A stretch of DNA of 64,000 nucleotides from a virus. Taxonomy: Duplodnaviria > Heunggongvirae > Uroviricota > Caudoviricetes. Within the stretch, counting starts at the first letter, position 1. The number at the start of each line of letters is the position of its first letter. The notes beneath the pieces were generated by a model. It saw only the letters and a program-made list of their open reading frames with translations, made no database searches and was not told the origin of the DNA. Positions 40,949 to 51,311 of this stretch are shown here, in pieces. The stretch is from positions 1,823-65,822 of the IMG/VR virus record IMGVR_UViG_2687453454_000003; one strand, written 5' to 3'. A program made the position numbers and the translations under genes.

Positions 40949-43041
40949 CCTCCGGAAGTCAGCCAGGGGTTAACATCGTCAGTTACTGTTTTCTTCCGTT
41001 TTTGTTTTTTAACAGGCGTGGATACCGGTTCCGGTGTGGGTGACGGTTCGGTACTGTCCGGGACACACTCCAGCCAGGTTTCCCGGCTCGCCCACTCCGG
41101 TGCATCCGGCCAGCGGATCTTTTCGTATCCATGCAGAATGACCAGAGCCTCGGCATACACCATCAGGTCAAAAGCTTCGTTGGCACCGCGACCCGGCTTA
41201 CTCCATTTCCCGTCACTGCTCCGCTCTTCATACGTCAGTTCGTCGTAAAACCAGCTCCCCAGCCAGTCAGGGAAATGCACATAGCCGGGACCTGGCGAGT
41301 CACGCCATAACGCGTTATTCACCCGGTCTTTCAGGGCATCCGTCTGAAGAAGCCAGAGCGGCACATCACCTGCGGCCTGCGCCCGTCGGCCCGTTCGTCC
41401 GGTGTTATCAGGGAATGTACGGGTGATCAGTTTTGCGCGCCGGATGCTGTCGCCCTTAAACAGGTAAATACGTTTACCAAGGCCATCACGACGGCAACGA
41501 CGCCAGAATTTATAGGCATTATCAGTGACCCCGTCTTCACCGCCGGAGTCCACCGCCATTGCCATCAGTCGCATTTGTTGAGAAGGATCGGAGGCCAGCG
41601 GCCAGCTTTTATGAAAAACATCCGTCAGCAGGACATCCCAGTCTTCCGGATAGCTGGCCGGATCAATTCGCTGGCTCTCCCCGTCGCTGTCACCGCGCAA
41701 TGACTGCGTGATGTTGTAACGTTCAATAATCCAGCGTTCGCCACGGCTGCCATAGCCCGTTACCTGAACCACAAAACGGCGATGACGTCCCGCCTGCACA
41801 TCCACTGTCGCCACAAGGAAATTAACGCCATCCGGCACACTGCGGGAAGGAACTGGCTCTGCCCGCTGCTCAAGCAGTTCACTTTTTCGTTGCTCCATGC
41901 TGGCGCGGGGAAGATAAGGTAATCCCCAGTCGGTATTGATAACCGTCTTGAGTGTTTCTTCACTTCCGGTTGTCTCGTATTCCTGTTCTGCAGTAAGCAG
42001 TTTGTAAACGAGTTGCGAGAGTGTCTGGTAAGCAGCTGCCGGACCCTCCATCCAGAATGACGCAATACGTGAGCGTCGGGGATCACCATAACGACTACCA
42101 TCCGCATTGATGGATTCACCATCCCGCAACCAGACCCCACGTCCGTTCAGCTCACGTTTTTGTTCAGGCATAATCCGTCCTGAACAGGAAGGACACTGAA
42201 TATAAGCCGCCTCACTTGCCAGCACGGGATCGGCAATATCACGGAAACCAGCAACCACATCGCCGCAGGGCTGAAAATACTCACCACAGTGTGGACAGGG
42301 CCAGTACCAGCGACGGCGATCGCCACGGTTATAGAGCGACAGTATCCCCGTGGTTGGTGGAGCCTCATGCGGTGAAGTCCGTCGCCATTTCACATCCTTC
42401 ACATCCCTGCCGGGGGAACTCTCCACCAGCGTCATACCACTGGACATAAATGTTGTGGTACGTTTTGAGGCAAGAGAGAAAGCATCCCCCTCGCCATCAA
42501 TATCTTCCGGAAAACGGTCATAATCCGTCAGCGCGACGCATTTATAATCTGATGAGGACATGATATTGACTGACGGCCAGCCGATTTTCAGGTAGTTACC
42601 AGCAAGGAATGTTCTGTCATAAACGTTGTTGTCATTTTTGTTCGGACTCAGGCGACTGACCACTTCCGGGCTGACGCGAAACGTTCTGGCAAGTCGTTTT
42701 TTGGAGTGTTCGCGGGCTTTTTCCTCCGTCATCTGAATGATCAGCATATCCGCAGGATCGCAAATCACGTTGTAAATCACCCAGCCGTCAATCAGGCCGA
42801 TAGTCTTGCCGGTTCGTGCCGGGCCAACAAATATCACTGCGTCGTATTCACGCGAGGCCAGGCAGTTCATCGGCTCAATAACATACGGTGCCACCAGCGG
42901 ATCCCACGGGACTGAGTTCCCGGCCCCCATGGGCACCCGCATATATTGAGCAACGGCATCAGCAACCTGCATTCGTCTCGGTGCGCGAAGGATATAACCT
43001 GAATCGGTTCGTGCTGCCTTTGCGGTTTCCTGATTCAGCAT
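40939..43041 (-). CDS. terminase large subunit (GpA family)
   Basis: 700 aa; Walker A-like VGPARTGKT; Cys motif WPCPHCGEYFQPCGD matching the lambda gpA zinc-binding-like region. Confidence 0.9.
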   Translation of the reverse strand: MLNQETAKAARTDSGYILRAPRRMQVADAVAQYMRVPMGAGNSVPWDPLVAPYVIEPMNCLASREYDAVIFVGPARTGKTIGLIDGWVIYNVICDPADMLIIQMTEEKAREHSKKRLARTFRVSPEVVSRLSPNKNDNNVYDRTFLAGNYLKIGWPSVNIMSSSDYKCVALTDYDRFPEDIDGEGDAFSLASKRTTTFMSSGMTLVESSPGRDVKDVKWRRTSPHEAPPTTGILSLYNRGDRRRWYWPCPHCGEYFQPCGDVVAGFRDIADPVLASEAAYIQCPSCSGRIMPEQKRELNGRGVWLRDGESINADGSRYGDPRRSRIASFWMEGPAAAYQTLSQLVYKLLTAEQEYETTGSEETLKTVINTDWGLPYLPRASMEQRKSELLEQRAEPVPSRSVPDGVNFLVATVDVQAGRHRRFVVQVTGYGSRGERWIIERYNITQSLRGDSDGESQRIDPASYPEDWDVLLTDVFHKSWPLASDPSQQMRLMAMAVDSGGEDGVTDNAYKFWRRCRRDGLGKRIYLFKGDSIRRAKLITRTFPDNTGRTGRRAQAAGDVPLWLLQTDALKDRVNNALWRDSPGPGYVHFPDWLGSWFYDELTYEERSSDGKWSKPGRGANEAFDLMVYAEALVILHGYEKIRWPDAPEWASRETWLECVPDSTEPSPTPEPVSTPVKKQKRKKTVTDDVNPWLTSGGWL

Positions 43042-43535
43042 TACTCCTCCTGCTGTAATTCCTCCTCATCATCCGCACCTGCTTCGGTCACCCGCAGGGC
43101 TATCTGATCGCGCAGATCATCAATAATGGACTGAACACGGCTCACAGCGGCAGGCTGCAGACCGCAGTCACGTTCCAGAATATCCGGTAATGTCTCCAGC
43201 ACCTGCACGACCGCTTTTGCCCAGATGGCAAACTCCCGTCTGACATCACTGGCCGGAATGAGTTGCGCCGTTTCCTGTTCGAACTTAAGACGCTCACGTT
43301 CAGACTGATACCAGGCTTTGCGCTCATGCGCGTCCATTTCGCCTTCTGCAACCGGCGGTGGTAATGCCAGAAATGCCGACACAATATCAACCACCCGATA
43401 AAGCTTGAGGTTGCTTTCATGCCCCCCTGCAACGGGTAGATTTTGCAGCCTTGCCGCAGCAGTCTGGCGATGTACACCTGACAGTGCCGCCAGTTGACTG
43501 ATATTCAGCGTCAGATTTTTCAACTCTCGATCCAT
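43041..43535 (-). CDS. terminase small subunit (HTH DNA-binding)
   Basis: 164 aa immediately upstream of terL with ATGA overlap; N-terminal HTH LNISQLAALSGVHRQTAAARL; acidic C-terminus. Confidence 0.7.
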   Translation of the reverse strand: MDRELKNLTLNISQLAALSGVHRQTAAARLQNLPVAGGHESNLKLYRVVDIVSAFLALPPPVAEGEMDAHERKAWYQSERERLKFEQETAQLIPASDVRREFAIWAKAVVQVLETLPDILERDCGLQPAAVSRVQSIIDDLRDQIALRVTEAGADDEEELQQEE

Positions 43536-43892
43536 ACCCGCTCCAGAATGTTTTAAACATGCATCTTGCGAACAACTTTAGGCAAACGGTGTTAGTGATG
43601 AACAAAAAACAATCAAAATCGACACCATAAAAATAAAAACACTGTAATATCAATCCATTAAAGTATTGGTGATGACGAATGAAATTTCAAAAACTAGCCT
43701 TTTTCCGCGACGCTCCCGCCCCGTGGCAGGCCACCCCACCGGGAGGACCCGTCAGCCTGACAGCCATGACGAACGTCTGATACAGCGCCTTGCATGAATG
43801 GCATCGGGATAATCCAGAAAGGAATAGCATCGTGCCCACAAGAATCTGTGTGAGTATCCTGTTTCTTCCACCCCCGCACAGGACTGGCGAGC

Positions 43893-44069
43893 ATGAGCGA
43901 CAAACCCGCGAACCATAAACGCGGTAAAAACCCGGTGTGCATCGTTTTTGATTATTCCCGCACACTCTCGCAGAAGGAGTTCCCCGTCGGGCTACGGTCT
44001 CTGTTAATACGGGAATACGGCGACGATACAGCGCATGATGTGTCAGGCTTGAATACCTTTATCCGTTAA
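43893..44069 (+). CDS. small ORF (58 aa) opposite to the late operon, possible moron
   Basis: Hand translation MSDKPANHKRGKNPVCIVFDYSRTLSQKEFPVGLRSLLIREYGDDTAHDVSGLNTFIR; followed about 50 bp downstream by a terminator hairpin; weak SD. Confidence 0.3.
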   Translation: MSDKPANHKRGKNPVCIVFDYSRTLSQKEFPVGLRSLLIREYGDDTAHDVSGLNTFIR

Positions 44070-44118
44070 AAGGGATATCAGTTAAGCTATCCCGTGTAGG
44101 GTATAAGCCATTATCAAA

Positions 44119-44142
44119 GCCACTCTGTAGGGAGTGGCTTTT
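44119..44142 (+). terminator. rho-independent terminator-like hairpin
   Basis: GCCACTC-tgtagg-GAGTGGC followed by TTTT. Confidence 0.45.
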
Positions 44143-44350
44143 GTAATGGCAATAAAAAGCCCCGCGAATGCGAGGCTAAATCCTGGTATTTGTAATGACT
44201 GGCTCTTATCTCAACGCAGCCCCTTACCGCGCGCAAGATGCTCAATATCAAGCATCAGCAATGAGATGTTTAATCTGGATTCACTCCAGAAGTGATCACC
44301 ATCCTGTCTACAGAGCCAGATGTGAAGGATGATGAGTAAAATTATCGCTA

Positions 44351-44830
44351 TCATCGAAGGCATTGCGTCCTGATGTATTCCTGAAGCGTTCTCAGTGCTG
44401 TTTGGTCGCGGATAATTCCGTCCCGGATACCGAGAACGTTTCGTCCAGCAACTGGAGAGAGTTCGACGGTGGCATCATTGCCCATGCCGGAGGCGCTGGA
44501 GGTTTCGGCTGAGGATGGCACAGGGCATTTTCCTTTGACGAACACCCGACCACCATTATCAAGCTTGCGCCGAAGAGCATCATTTTCAGCTTTCGCATCA
44601 GCTAACTCCTTCGTGTATTTAGCATCGAGTGCATCAGCAGAACGCTGGCGCTGCTGCATGTCAGTAATGGTGGCGGTCGCCTGCTTCAGCTCACTGACTT
44701 TTTTATCTCGCTGTTCTTTGTAGGCGATGGCGTTATCACGGTAATGATTGACCGCCCACGACAGGCAGACGATGATGCAGATAACCAGAGCGGAGATAAT
44801 CGCGGTTACTCTGCTCATTGTTGCCCCCAC
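44351..44830 (-). CDS. Rz: i-spanin Rz
   Basis: 159 aa; N-terminal TM segment, coiled-coil middle; immediately after endolysin; contains embedded Rz1 frame. Confidence 0.8.
   Translation of the reverse strand: MGATMSRVTAIISALVICIIVCLSWAVNHYRDNAIAYKEQRDKKVSELKQATATITDMQQRQRSADALDAKYTKELADAKAENDALRRKLDNGGRVFVKGKCPVPSSAETSSASGMGNDATVELSPVAGRNVLGIRDGIIRDQTALRTLQEYIRTQCLR
44392..44598 (-). CDS. Rz1: o-spanin Rz1 (lipoprotein embedded in Rz in an alternative frame)
   Basis: 68 aa; signal/lipobox-like [16 protein letters not shown]; proline-rich (PQPKPPAPP); fully nested in Rz. Confidence 0.7.
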   Translation of the reverse strand: MRKLKMMLFGASLIMVVGCSSKENALCHPQPKPPAPPAWAMMPPSNSLQLLDETFSVSGTELSATKQH

Positions 44831-45312
44831 AAACAGACTTCACGCTCAATCTCACGACGAGTCATCAGGCCTTTCCATTGCTTACCGCCAGCATATGTCC
44901 AGCGACGTAGCTGATCACATGCGCCTTTGATATCGCCCTGGTTTATTTTGCGAAGAAGCGTCGATGTTCTGAAATTGCCAGCACCCACGTTGTAGACGAA
45001 CGAGTACAGAGCGCCGCGCGTTGTTTCCGGTATATCGACTTTGATGTACGGGTTAATTTGTCTGGCAACCGTGGCAAGGTCTTTATTCAGGAGGGCTTTG
45101 CATTCTGCTTCGGTATACGTTTTACCGAGCATGATGTCTTTTCCGGTGTGTCCGTGACATACAGTCCATACGCCAACGATATCTTTGTATGGTATGTAGC
45201 TGACACCTTCCAGGCCATCGTCACCACTTGGGCCAGTGATTAACACTGATGCTATAGCAATTGCTCCGCCACCAATAGCAGCAGCAACTGCTTTTCGTAA
45301 TGATGGAGGCAT
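44815..45312 (-). CDS. R: SAR endolysin (phage 21 R-type lysozyme, GH24-like)
   Basis: 165 aa; N-terminal Gly/Ala-rich signal-anchor-release segment [20 protein letters not shown]; catalytic region with conserved lysozyme-like residues; follows holin. Confidence 0.85.
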   Translation of the reverse strand: MPPSLRKAVAAAIGGGAIAIASVLITGPSGDDGLEGVSYIPYKDIVGVWTVCHGHTGKDIMLGKTYTEAECKALLNKDLATVARQINPYIKVDIPETTRGALYSFVYNVGAGNFRTSTLLRKINQGDIKGACDQLRRWTYAGGKQWKGLMTRREIEREVCLWGQQ

Positions 45313-45527
45313 TATTCACCTCTCGCAGCCTTGCGCTTATCTTCTTTAATCTTGAAATAAAGGTTTGTCAGGTACGTCAGCAGGCCAAATACCAGACTAC
45401 CCAGCACACCTATTGCCGCCCACTGTGAGGGCGTGACTTTATCGAGCAACTGTAAAAACCAGTACCCGGCACTACCTGCTGAGGTGCCATAGGCGACACC
45501 CGTTGTTAACTTATCCATGGATTTCAT
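45312..45527 (-). CDS. S: pinholin, phage 21 S-type, dual-start (MKSMDK)
   Basis: ATG at 45527 and 45518 (M-K-S-M) preceded by GAGGTG SD; about 70 aa with two TM segments ([16 protein letters not shown] and [17 protein letters not shown]); basic C-terminus [13 protein letters not shown]. Confidence 0.85.
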
Positions 45528-45594
45528 AACCCCACCTCGCAGATGCGGGTGCTGTGTAATGGAAATAAAAAGGCCACCTGACGTGGCCACCAGA

Positions 45595-46647
45595 TTATTT
45601 CCCCACCAGCTCGTTTATCTCTTTCACTGTCTGATTAAACCGCTCTGACTCAAGCTCAACACCTAAGGCCCGACGCCCCAGCGCCATTGCTGCTTTTATT
45701 GTGGAACCGGATCCCATAAAAAAATCAGCAACCAGATCACCTGGTCGACTACTGGCATTGATTATTTGCCTGAGCATATCCGCCGGTTTCTCACACGGAT
45801 GTTTACCCGGGTAGAACTGAACGGGTTTATGCATCCAGACATCGGTATAAGGCACGGAGACTGATACGGAGAAATAGCGCCGGAGAGATTTAAACTCATC
45901 CAGCAATTCAGAATATTTACGATTCAGTGAATCATAAGATGCCACCAGCTGGTGGTGCGGTTGTTCCAGTTGTTGTTCCTGAAACTTCTCTGCCGCTATA
46001 CGGGAAAACAGTGCCTGTAACTTCCGATAGTCAGCCTCATTCGGCAACTGCCACTGACTGGCACCAAACCAGTGGGAAACCATATTTTTCTTACCTGTGG
46101 CTTTGGCAATTTGTTTTGCCGTTATACCCAGTTCGGCACGAGCATCCCTGAAATACGATATCAGCGGTGCCATTATGTGCTGTTTGAGTTCCCTTTCTTT
46201 TGCTGCATAGCCGTCACTTTTGCCGCGATATGGCCCCTGGTAATGTTCAGCAAACAGAACTCGCTCTGTGGCAGGAAAATATGCACGCAGACTTTCTTTA
46301 TTACACCCATTCCAACGTCCGGACGGCTTCGCCCAGATGATATGGTTAAGCACGTTGAAACGTTCACGCATCATGATCTCAATATCAGATGCCAGGCGAT
46401 GCCCACAGAACAGGTAAAGGCTTCCGGCAGGTTTTAACACCCGCCAGAACTGGGCCAGACAGTGGTCCAGCCACTTAAGGTAATCTTCGTCCCCTTTCCA
46501 CTGATTGTCCCAGCCGTTGGGTTTCACCTTGAAGTACGGCGGATCGGTAACAATCAGGTCAATGGAATCATCAGGCAGGGACTGAATAAAATGCAGGCAA
46601 TCAGCGTTGATTAAATCAACACTGTTTATTTTTACAGTATTTTTCAT
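45595..46647 (-). CDS. DNA methyltransferase, DPPY-motif (N6-adenine or N4-cytosine), orphan
   Basis: 350 aa; catalytic motif IVTDPPYF near N-terminus and AdoMet-binding-like DFFMGSGST near C-terminus; no adjacent restriction gene. Confidence 0.8.
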
Positions 46648-46796
46648 GGATCAGTAAGCGTAACTCTGGTAGGCTCACTCTGCTTTTGCGCTAAAGCAGT
46701 GGGCCGTGGTTCGCTTGTGACCAGTAAGCATGAGCGAATGGCTGGCAGGTGCTACCAACACCCGCCAGCCGCCCATTTTCACAAATTAAAAGTCCT

Positions 46797-47015
46797 TCAT
46801 TGCTGAAGGCGTCTGTAACAGCCGAACTGGTAATCTGCCAGCCCCGCCATAACCAACTGGGTCAGTATTAACTGACAGCGTTCGCGTGAAAGATATGTGT
46901 TTTGTGCAATCTCCCCGACTGTTGCCGGTTCGATGCTTAATTCATTAAAAACAACTTTCGCCGTTTCTGTCATATCTTGCTGTTTTAGCATGTCTTTTTT
47001 CCTTCTGGTTAACAT
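46797..47015 (-). CDS. small winged-helix-like protein (72 aa), divergent from the large MPP-NTPase gene
   Basis: ORF track; HTH-like segment ATVGEIAQNTYLSRERCQLILTQLVMAGL; 236-bp divergent intergenic region to 47252. Confidence 0.4.
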   Translation of the reverse strand: MLTRRKKDMLKQQDMTETAKVVFNELSIEPATVGEIAQNTYLSRERCQLILTQLVMAGLADYQFGCYRRLQQ

Positions 47016-47110
47016 GACATACCAATAACTCTTGTCTAAAAAGCCAGCAAGATAAAAAGTCAGTATTCACGACCACCAGCGTGTTTACTGTACTGCACCA
47101 AGTTTACAGG

Positions 47111-47135
47111 TACAAAAAAACCGCTCAGCGGCGGG
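47111..47135 (-). terminator. weak terminator-like hairpin followed by T7 tract on the minus strand
   Basis: Minus strand reads CCGC-tga-GCGG then TTTTTTT; short stem, so weak. Confidence 0.3.
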
Positions 47136-47281
47136 TTTAAGTTGTGTGGCGAAGTAACCACTCTTAACACGATACAATACTTTTTGCGTACGCGTTAAGA
47201 TTTTTTTATAATTACTTACCTTTCTCACACCAAATGTAAAAGCAATATTTTTTGATAATCCTGTTGTTTAAAGGGAATAGC

Positions 47282-50200
47282 ATGAAATCAATTGTACACT
47301 TATCCGACTTACACTTATCAGACTCAAAAAAATATGGTTTTCACTGGAAGAAAGCCAAAGAACTGGTCACAGTATTAGTTAATGATATACATTCATTAAG
47401 TAAAGAAAACAACCTCCAGATAGATGCCATTTTTTTTACTGGGGATTTAACGTTTTCTGGAACCAAAGAGCAATTTCAACTATTTGATGAACATTTCCTC
47501 TCTCCACTTATTCAAAAGCTGAACATCAGTAAAAAAAACATTTTTATAACCCCAGGCAATCATGATGTGGACAGAAGTAAAGTTCATCCACTTGAAAAAC
47601 AACTGCGAACTGGTTCGGACGAAAATTTCATATCATCATACTTTGATATGATAAATAATGGAGAGTATTCATGGGAACGTCTCTACGAGTACTGTGAATA
47701 TAATAAAACAATATTAGATCATCATTCTGATGTTGAACAATCTGGACGCATGATTACATGCTTTAAAGTAACAAACAAATTATACGTCGTTAGCGTAAAT
47801 AGCGCATGGTTAGCTATGGATGATAATGATATTGGTAACTTACGAATTACCCAAAAGCAAATTGATTTTATCAATCGTGCCAAAATACCTTCTGATGCAA
47901 AAATAATATTATTATGCCATCATCCTTTAGATTGGTTGAATAAGAATGATCGTGACATTTTTTCAACATTTATTGAAAAAAAAGTTTCAATGTTCTTTTT
48001 TGGTCATATGCATGATTTTAAACAAAAACTAGAATCTAGTTTTTGTGAAAACATCACCCTCTTTTTGCAAGCAGGAACTTTGGATACTAGTGAAAATGTA
48101 TCAGGCTATTCATTAATAAATTTTAATAGTTCAAATGTCATATCAGACGGAAGAATTTTTTATAGAAAATATAATAAAGAAAAAACATGCTATGAACCAT
48201 GGGAAGAAAGAGGAAATGGTGGTGTTTTTGATTTCACCACTGAGAAAACTCTAACTTTTGACTCTGAAAAATTTGCAACATTATCTAATGAGATTCTAGA
48301 GAAAACTGATAAGGATTTATTAATTAACATTGGAATCTCTGATGAAAAGAAAAAAAGTCTAAGAACCCTATTTACTGAACCAAATTTCCTTGAATTTGCT
48401 CTTGGAGCCATGCCTTCTATGGAGATTAAGTCCACACAAGAATTACTAGAAGGACGAAACAACCTTGTGATTGTAGGAAACCATAGCTCAGGTAAAACAT
48501 CTCTTTTAAAATACTTATTCATTAAGAGTCTAGAAAAACAGGCCAGCAAAGACTTCAGTAACTTTGCATTTTTCTTAGATTTAAATGCAATTGAATTAAA
48601 TAGCTTAAATACAATTGTAAGCGCATTATGTACACAATATTTCAATGCAGATTCGACCACATCTTTTGAAGAAAAAATTAAAAAAATGTTACATGAGGGA
48701 AGATGTGTTATATATATTGATAATCTGGACAATATAAATACAAAAGAACAATGTGTAATTTCTGATTTTTTTATAAAATTCAAAGAATGTAGATTTATCG
48801 TAACTGCTGGCTATAATAATTCAGATCTGGTAGTTAAAATATTATCAGATGAAAGCAAAGCTAAATTTCATGCAATTGCTATAGGTTCATTACGCAGATC
48901 TAATGTTCGCGATATTGTATCAAGATGGCACGACACAACATCACAAAATATAATATATAAAGAAATCACGCGAACAATCAACAATTCGCAACTTCCTCAT
49001 AATTATTTTACATACTCAATGCTTTTAGCTATTTATGAAGTTGATCATGACGTTAAAGGAATATTAAGTGAGTCTGATATTATAGAAAACTTCATAGAAA
49101 TTTTGCTTCGTAAACATTTTATGGATACTCCGCCTAATAAGCCACAATTTAAAGAACTTCGACATTTTCTTGGATATTTAGGATTTACATTATTCAAAAA
49201 CAAATGTAATTTTATTTCAAATAATGAACTTCTGCAGACTGCAATAATTTTCAATAGAGATACCATGCATGATTATCAAGTAGAAGACTATATAAAACCA
49301 TTAAAAGAATGTGGAATATTGAAAGAAGAGCTATGTAATGTGATTTTCTCGCAGCCTTGCTTTTTATACTATTCCATCGCTTATTTCATGAAGCATAACG
49401 AAGAGCTAAAGAAAGAAATTTTATCCGATAATAATTACCTACATCTACATAAAGTTATTGAATACTATTCATCGCAGAACTCATCTAGTCTTGATTTATT
49501 ATACTTACTTAAAAAGAAGACTAATGCAATCAAATCTTCTTTATCTGAACGAATGCTCGAAGATAAGGGAATAAATATTGAAGATATAAAGATTGAAGAC
49601 TCTAATACTTTCTCTATTTTAGATATGGTATCAACCCAAGATGATTTCGAAAAAAAGATAGAATCACTCCGTGCAGATAGAGAAAAAGATGACGCGCGAC
49701 TAGATGAATTATCACCTTTATCTGATAAAGATAAAAAAGCTAATATATCAAATGTTAGAGCTGAAGGTAATAATAATCTGTTACATGATCTTATTAACAC
49801 TTTATCTCTTTATGCAAGGGTATTCCGTAGTACTGAATTATCTATGGAAAGAGAAAATATATTAAATATATTTAATGACCTTGTAAAGGGTTATGTTTTT
49901 TACATGAAAGCGTCACTAGTACTAATGGATGATTCATTTGTTCTTCCAGTAATACTCCCTGCATTAGAAAAGAAAATGCAAGAGGATAAATTAACCGATA
50001 ACGAAAGGCAACGAGTTTTTGAAATGTTTAAACTAGTATTGTCTTTAGTTCGCTCAATGATCCCAAATAACATACAGTTTATTATGAGCAATGACTTAAG
50101 CTCGAAAAAACCACGTATTGCAAACATTATTACTGAATCAAAAGACTCAAATAGCAATCCTGTAGAAAAGGCTATTTTAACTTTCACCTTAATGGATATT

Positions 50201-50434
50201 AAAGATGAAATGGTTATACAATTAGCTAACGATTTAGCAAAGATACAAAACAAAGTTGTTCAAGAATCTCTTTTCTTCAAGATTAATCAAATTATAACAA
50301 GTAACTATGATTTAAAAAGAACTGAAGAAGAAGCATTGAAAGAGTTAGCAAAAAACATTGGCATTAAAAGAAAATTAATTCTCACACCCAAGATTAGTGA
50401 TGCCTTTAATACGTTAAACCGCATAGGACATTAA
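47282..50434 (+). CDS. metallophosphoesterase (calcineurin-like) + P-loop NTPase (STAND/NACHT-like) fusion protein, about 1050 aa, AT-rich; candidate anti-phage defence gene
   Basis: Phosphoesterase motifs in order: HLSDLH, GDLTFSG, GNHD, HHP, GHMH; Walker A VIVGNHSSGKTSLL; Walker B-like RCVIYIDNLD; long helical C-terminal region; ATG at 47282 with AAGGG SD (track start 47252 is TTG). Confidence 0.75.
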   Translation: MKSIVHLSDLHLSDSKKYGFHWKKAKELVTVLVNDIHSLSKENNLQIDAIFFTGDLTFSGTKEQFQLFDEHFLSPLIQKLNISKKNIFITPGNHDVDRSKVHPLEKQLRTGSDENFISSYFDMINNGEYSWERLYEYCEYNKTILDHHSDVEQSGRMITCFKVTNKLYVVSVNSAWLAMDDNDIGNLRITQKQIDFINRAKIPSDAKIILLCHHPLDWLNKNDRDIFSTFIEKKVSMFFFGHMHDFKQKLESSFCENITLFLQAGTLDTSENVSGYSLINFNSSNVISDGRIFYRKYNKEKTCYEPWEERGNGGVFDFTTEKTLTFDSEKFATLSNEILEKTDKDLLINIGISDEKKKSLRTLFTEPNFLEFALGAMPSMEIKSTQELLEGRNNLVIVGNHSSGKTSLLKYLFIKSLEKQASKDFSNFAFFLDLNAIELNSLNTIVSALCTQYFNADSTTSFEEKIKKMLHEGRCVIYIDNLDNINTKEQCVISDFFIKFKECRFIVTAGYNNSDLVVKILSDESKAKFHAIAIGSLRRSNVRDIVSRWHDTTSQNIIYKEITRTINNSQLPHNYFTYSMLLAIYEVDHDVKGILSESDIIENFIEILLRKHFMDTPPNKPQFKELRHFLGYLGFTLFKNKCNFISNNELLQTAIIFNRDTMHDYQVEDYIKPLKECGILKEELCNVIFSQPCFLYYSIAYFMKHNEELKKEILSDNNYLHLHKVIEYYSSQNSSSLDLLYLLKKKTNAIKSSLSERMLEDKGINIEDIKIEDSNTFSILDMVSTQDDFEKKIESLRADREKDDARLDELSPLSDKDKKANISNVRAEGNNNLLHDLINTLSLYARVFRSTELSMERENILNIFNDLVKGYVFYMKASLVLMDDSFVLPVILPALEKKMQEDKLTDNERQRVFEMFKLVLSLVRSMIPNNIQFIMSNDLSSKKPRIANIITESKDSNSNPVEKAILTFTLMDIKDEMVIQLANDLAKIQNKVVQESLFFKINQIITSNYDLKRTEEEALKELAKNIGIKRKLILTPKISDAFNTLNRIGH

Positions 50435-50462
50435 AATGCCACTTTTTTGATATAATTAAAAA

Positions 50463-50480
50463 CCACCCGTAACAGGGTGG
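50463..50480. terminator. terminator-like hairpin downstream of the MPP-NTPase gene (bidirectional context)
   Basis: CCACCC-gtaaca-GGGTGG flanked by A-tract upstream and TTCTCT downstream. Confidence 0.4.
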
Positions 50481-50949
50481 TTCTCTACCTCTGCTGCAAT
50501 ATATCTCAAATAATTAAAACGAGCAGGAATTTACCTATCAAAAAACTTGACTACCGGAATTCGAATTTAAAACCCCATTAGTATTTTTAGGTTTTGTCAT
50601 TTTCAAATTAGCTTTCATACTACATGCCATAAAATATTGGGTAAGAAAAATGGTATTTAAATGATTCCAAGAAGTAGTTTTATCATAAAAATAATTAATT
50701 CTTTGTTTCTTATTCATGCACACTCCTTAGTAAAATATAGAAATAAAAGACAAATCACTTATAAATGTCATGTTAAAAAAAATTCTCATCATGATTATTG
50801 ATGAGTGATTTTATATTATCAAAAAATTATATTATTAACAACTCTTGTTTATTACTCAACCAATACCAAAATCATTAGCCACGCATATATATTTTCAAAC
50901 ATATAAAAACAACACACAATATAAAATCCAGCCACAAAAACTCGCACTT

Positions 50950-51309
50950 CTATTTTATGAAATAAAAACACCCTTCAATAAAACCTAAAGCAGTTTGCAA
51001 TTCCTTTCTAATCGTACCGTCCGAACATTTTCGCCTCTTCGCAATAGTTCTAAGCGAAATACCAATAACAAAATGAGCTATAATTAGCTCATATTCCTCT
51101 GGTTTATACTTACACAGGCGGGCAACACAGCCGTCTATCATGATGCCTTCATCATCATCACACTGAAGGCGTATTTTTTTACCATGAGGTAAAAGCCCCT
51201 TAAAGCCTGCTGCTATCGGCTGCCAGTCCACACCACTGTTATCTGCTGCAGCCCATGCTCCCCAGCGGTCCAAAACTTCATACATATCACGCATCAACTT
51301 TCTCCACAA
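50950..51309 (-). CDS. late-gene antiterminator Q (small phage-82/QuuD-type)
   Basis: 119 aa; LDRWGAWAA, IAAGFKGLL and Cys-rich CDDDEGIMIDGC motifs as recalled for small Q proteins; position after DUF968 and before the lysis region. Confidence 0.6.
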   Translation of the reverse strand: MWRKLMRDMYEVLDRWGAWAAADNSGVDWQPIAAGFKGLLPHGKKIRLQCDDDEGIMIDGCVARLCKYKPEEYELIIAHFVIGISLRTIAKRRKCSDGTIRKELQTALGFIEGCFYFIK

Positions 51310-51311
51310 AA

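Noticed and set aside
46650-46796. Possible tRNA gene between the wHTH ORF and the methyltransferase (common site for phage tRNAs)
   Set aside because: No T-loop GGTTCGAATCC-like motif or cloverleaf could be drawn; the structure is better explained as two simple hairpins
47252-47281. TTG start of the large MPP-NTPase ORF given by the ORF track
   Set aside because: ATG at 47282 has a proper SD (AAGGG) and yields the MKSIVHLSDLHL N-terminus; the upstream 10 codons are probably untranslated
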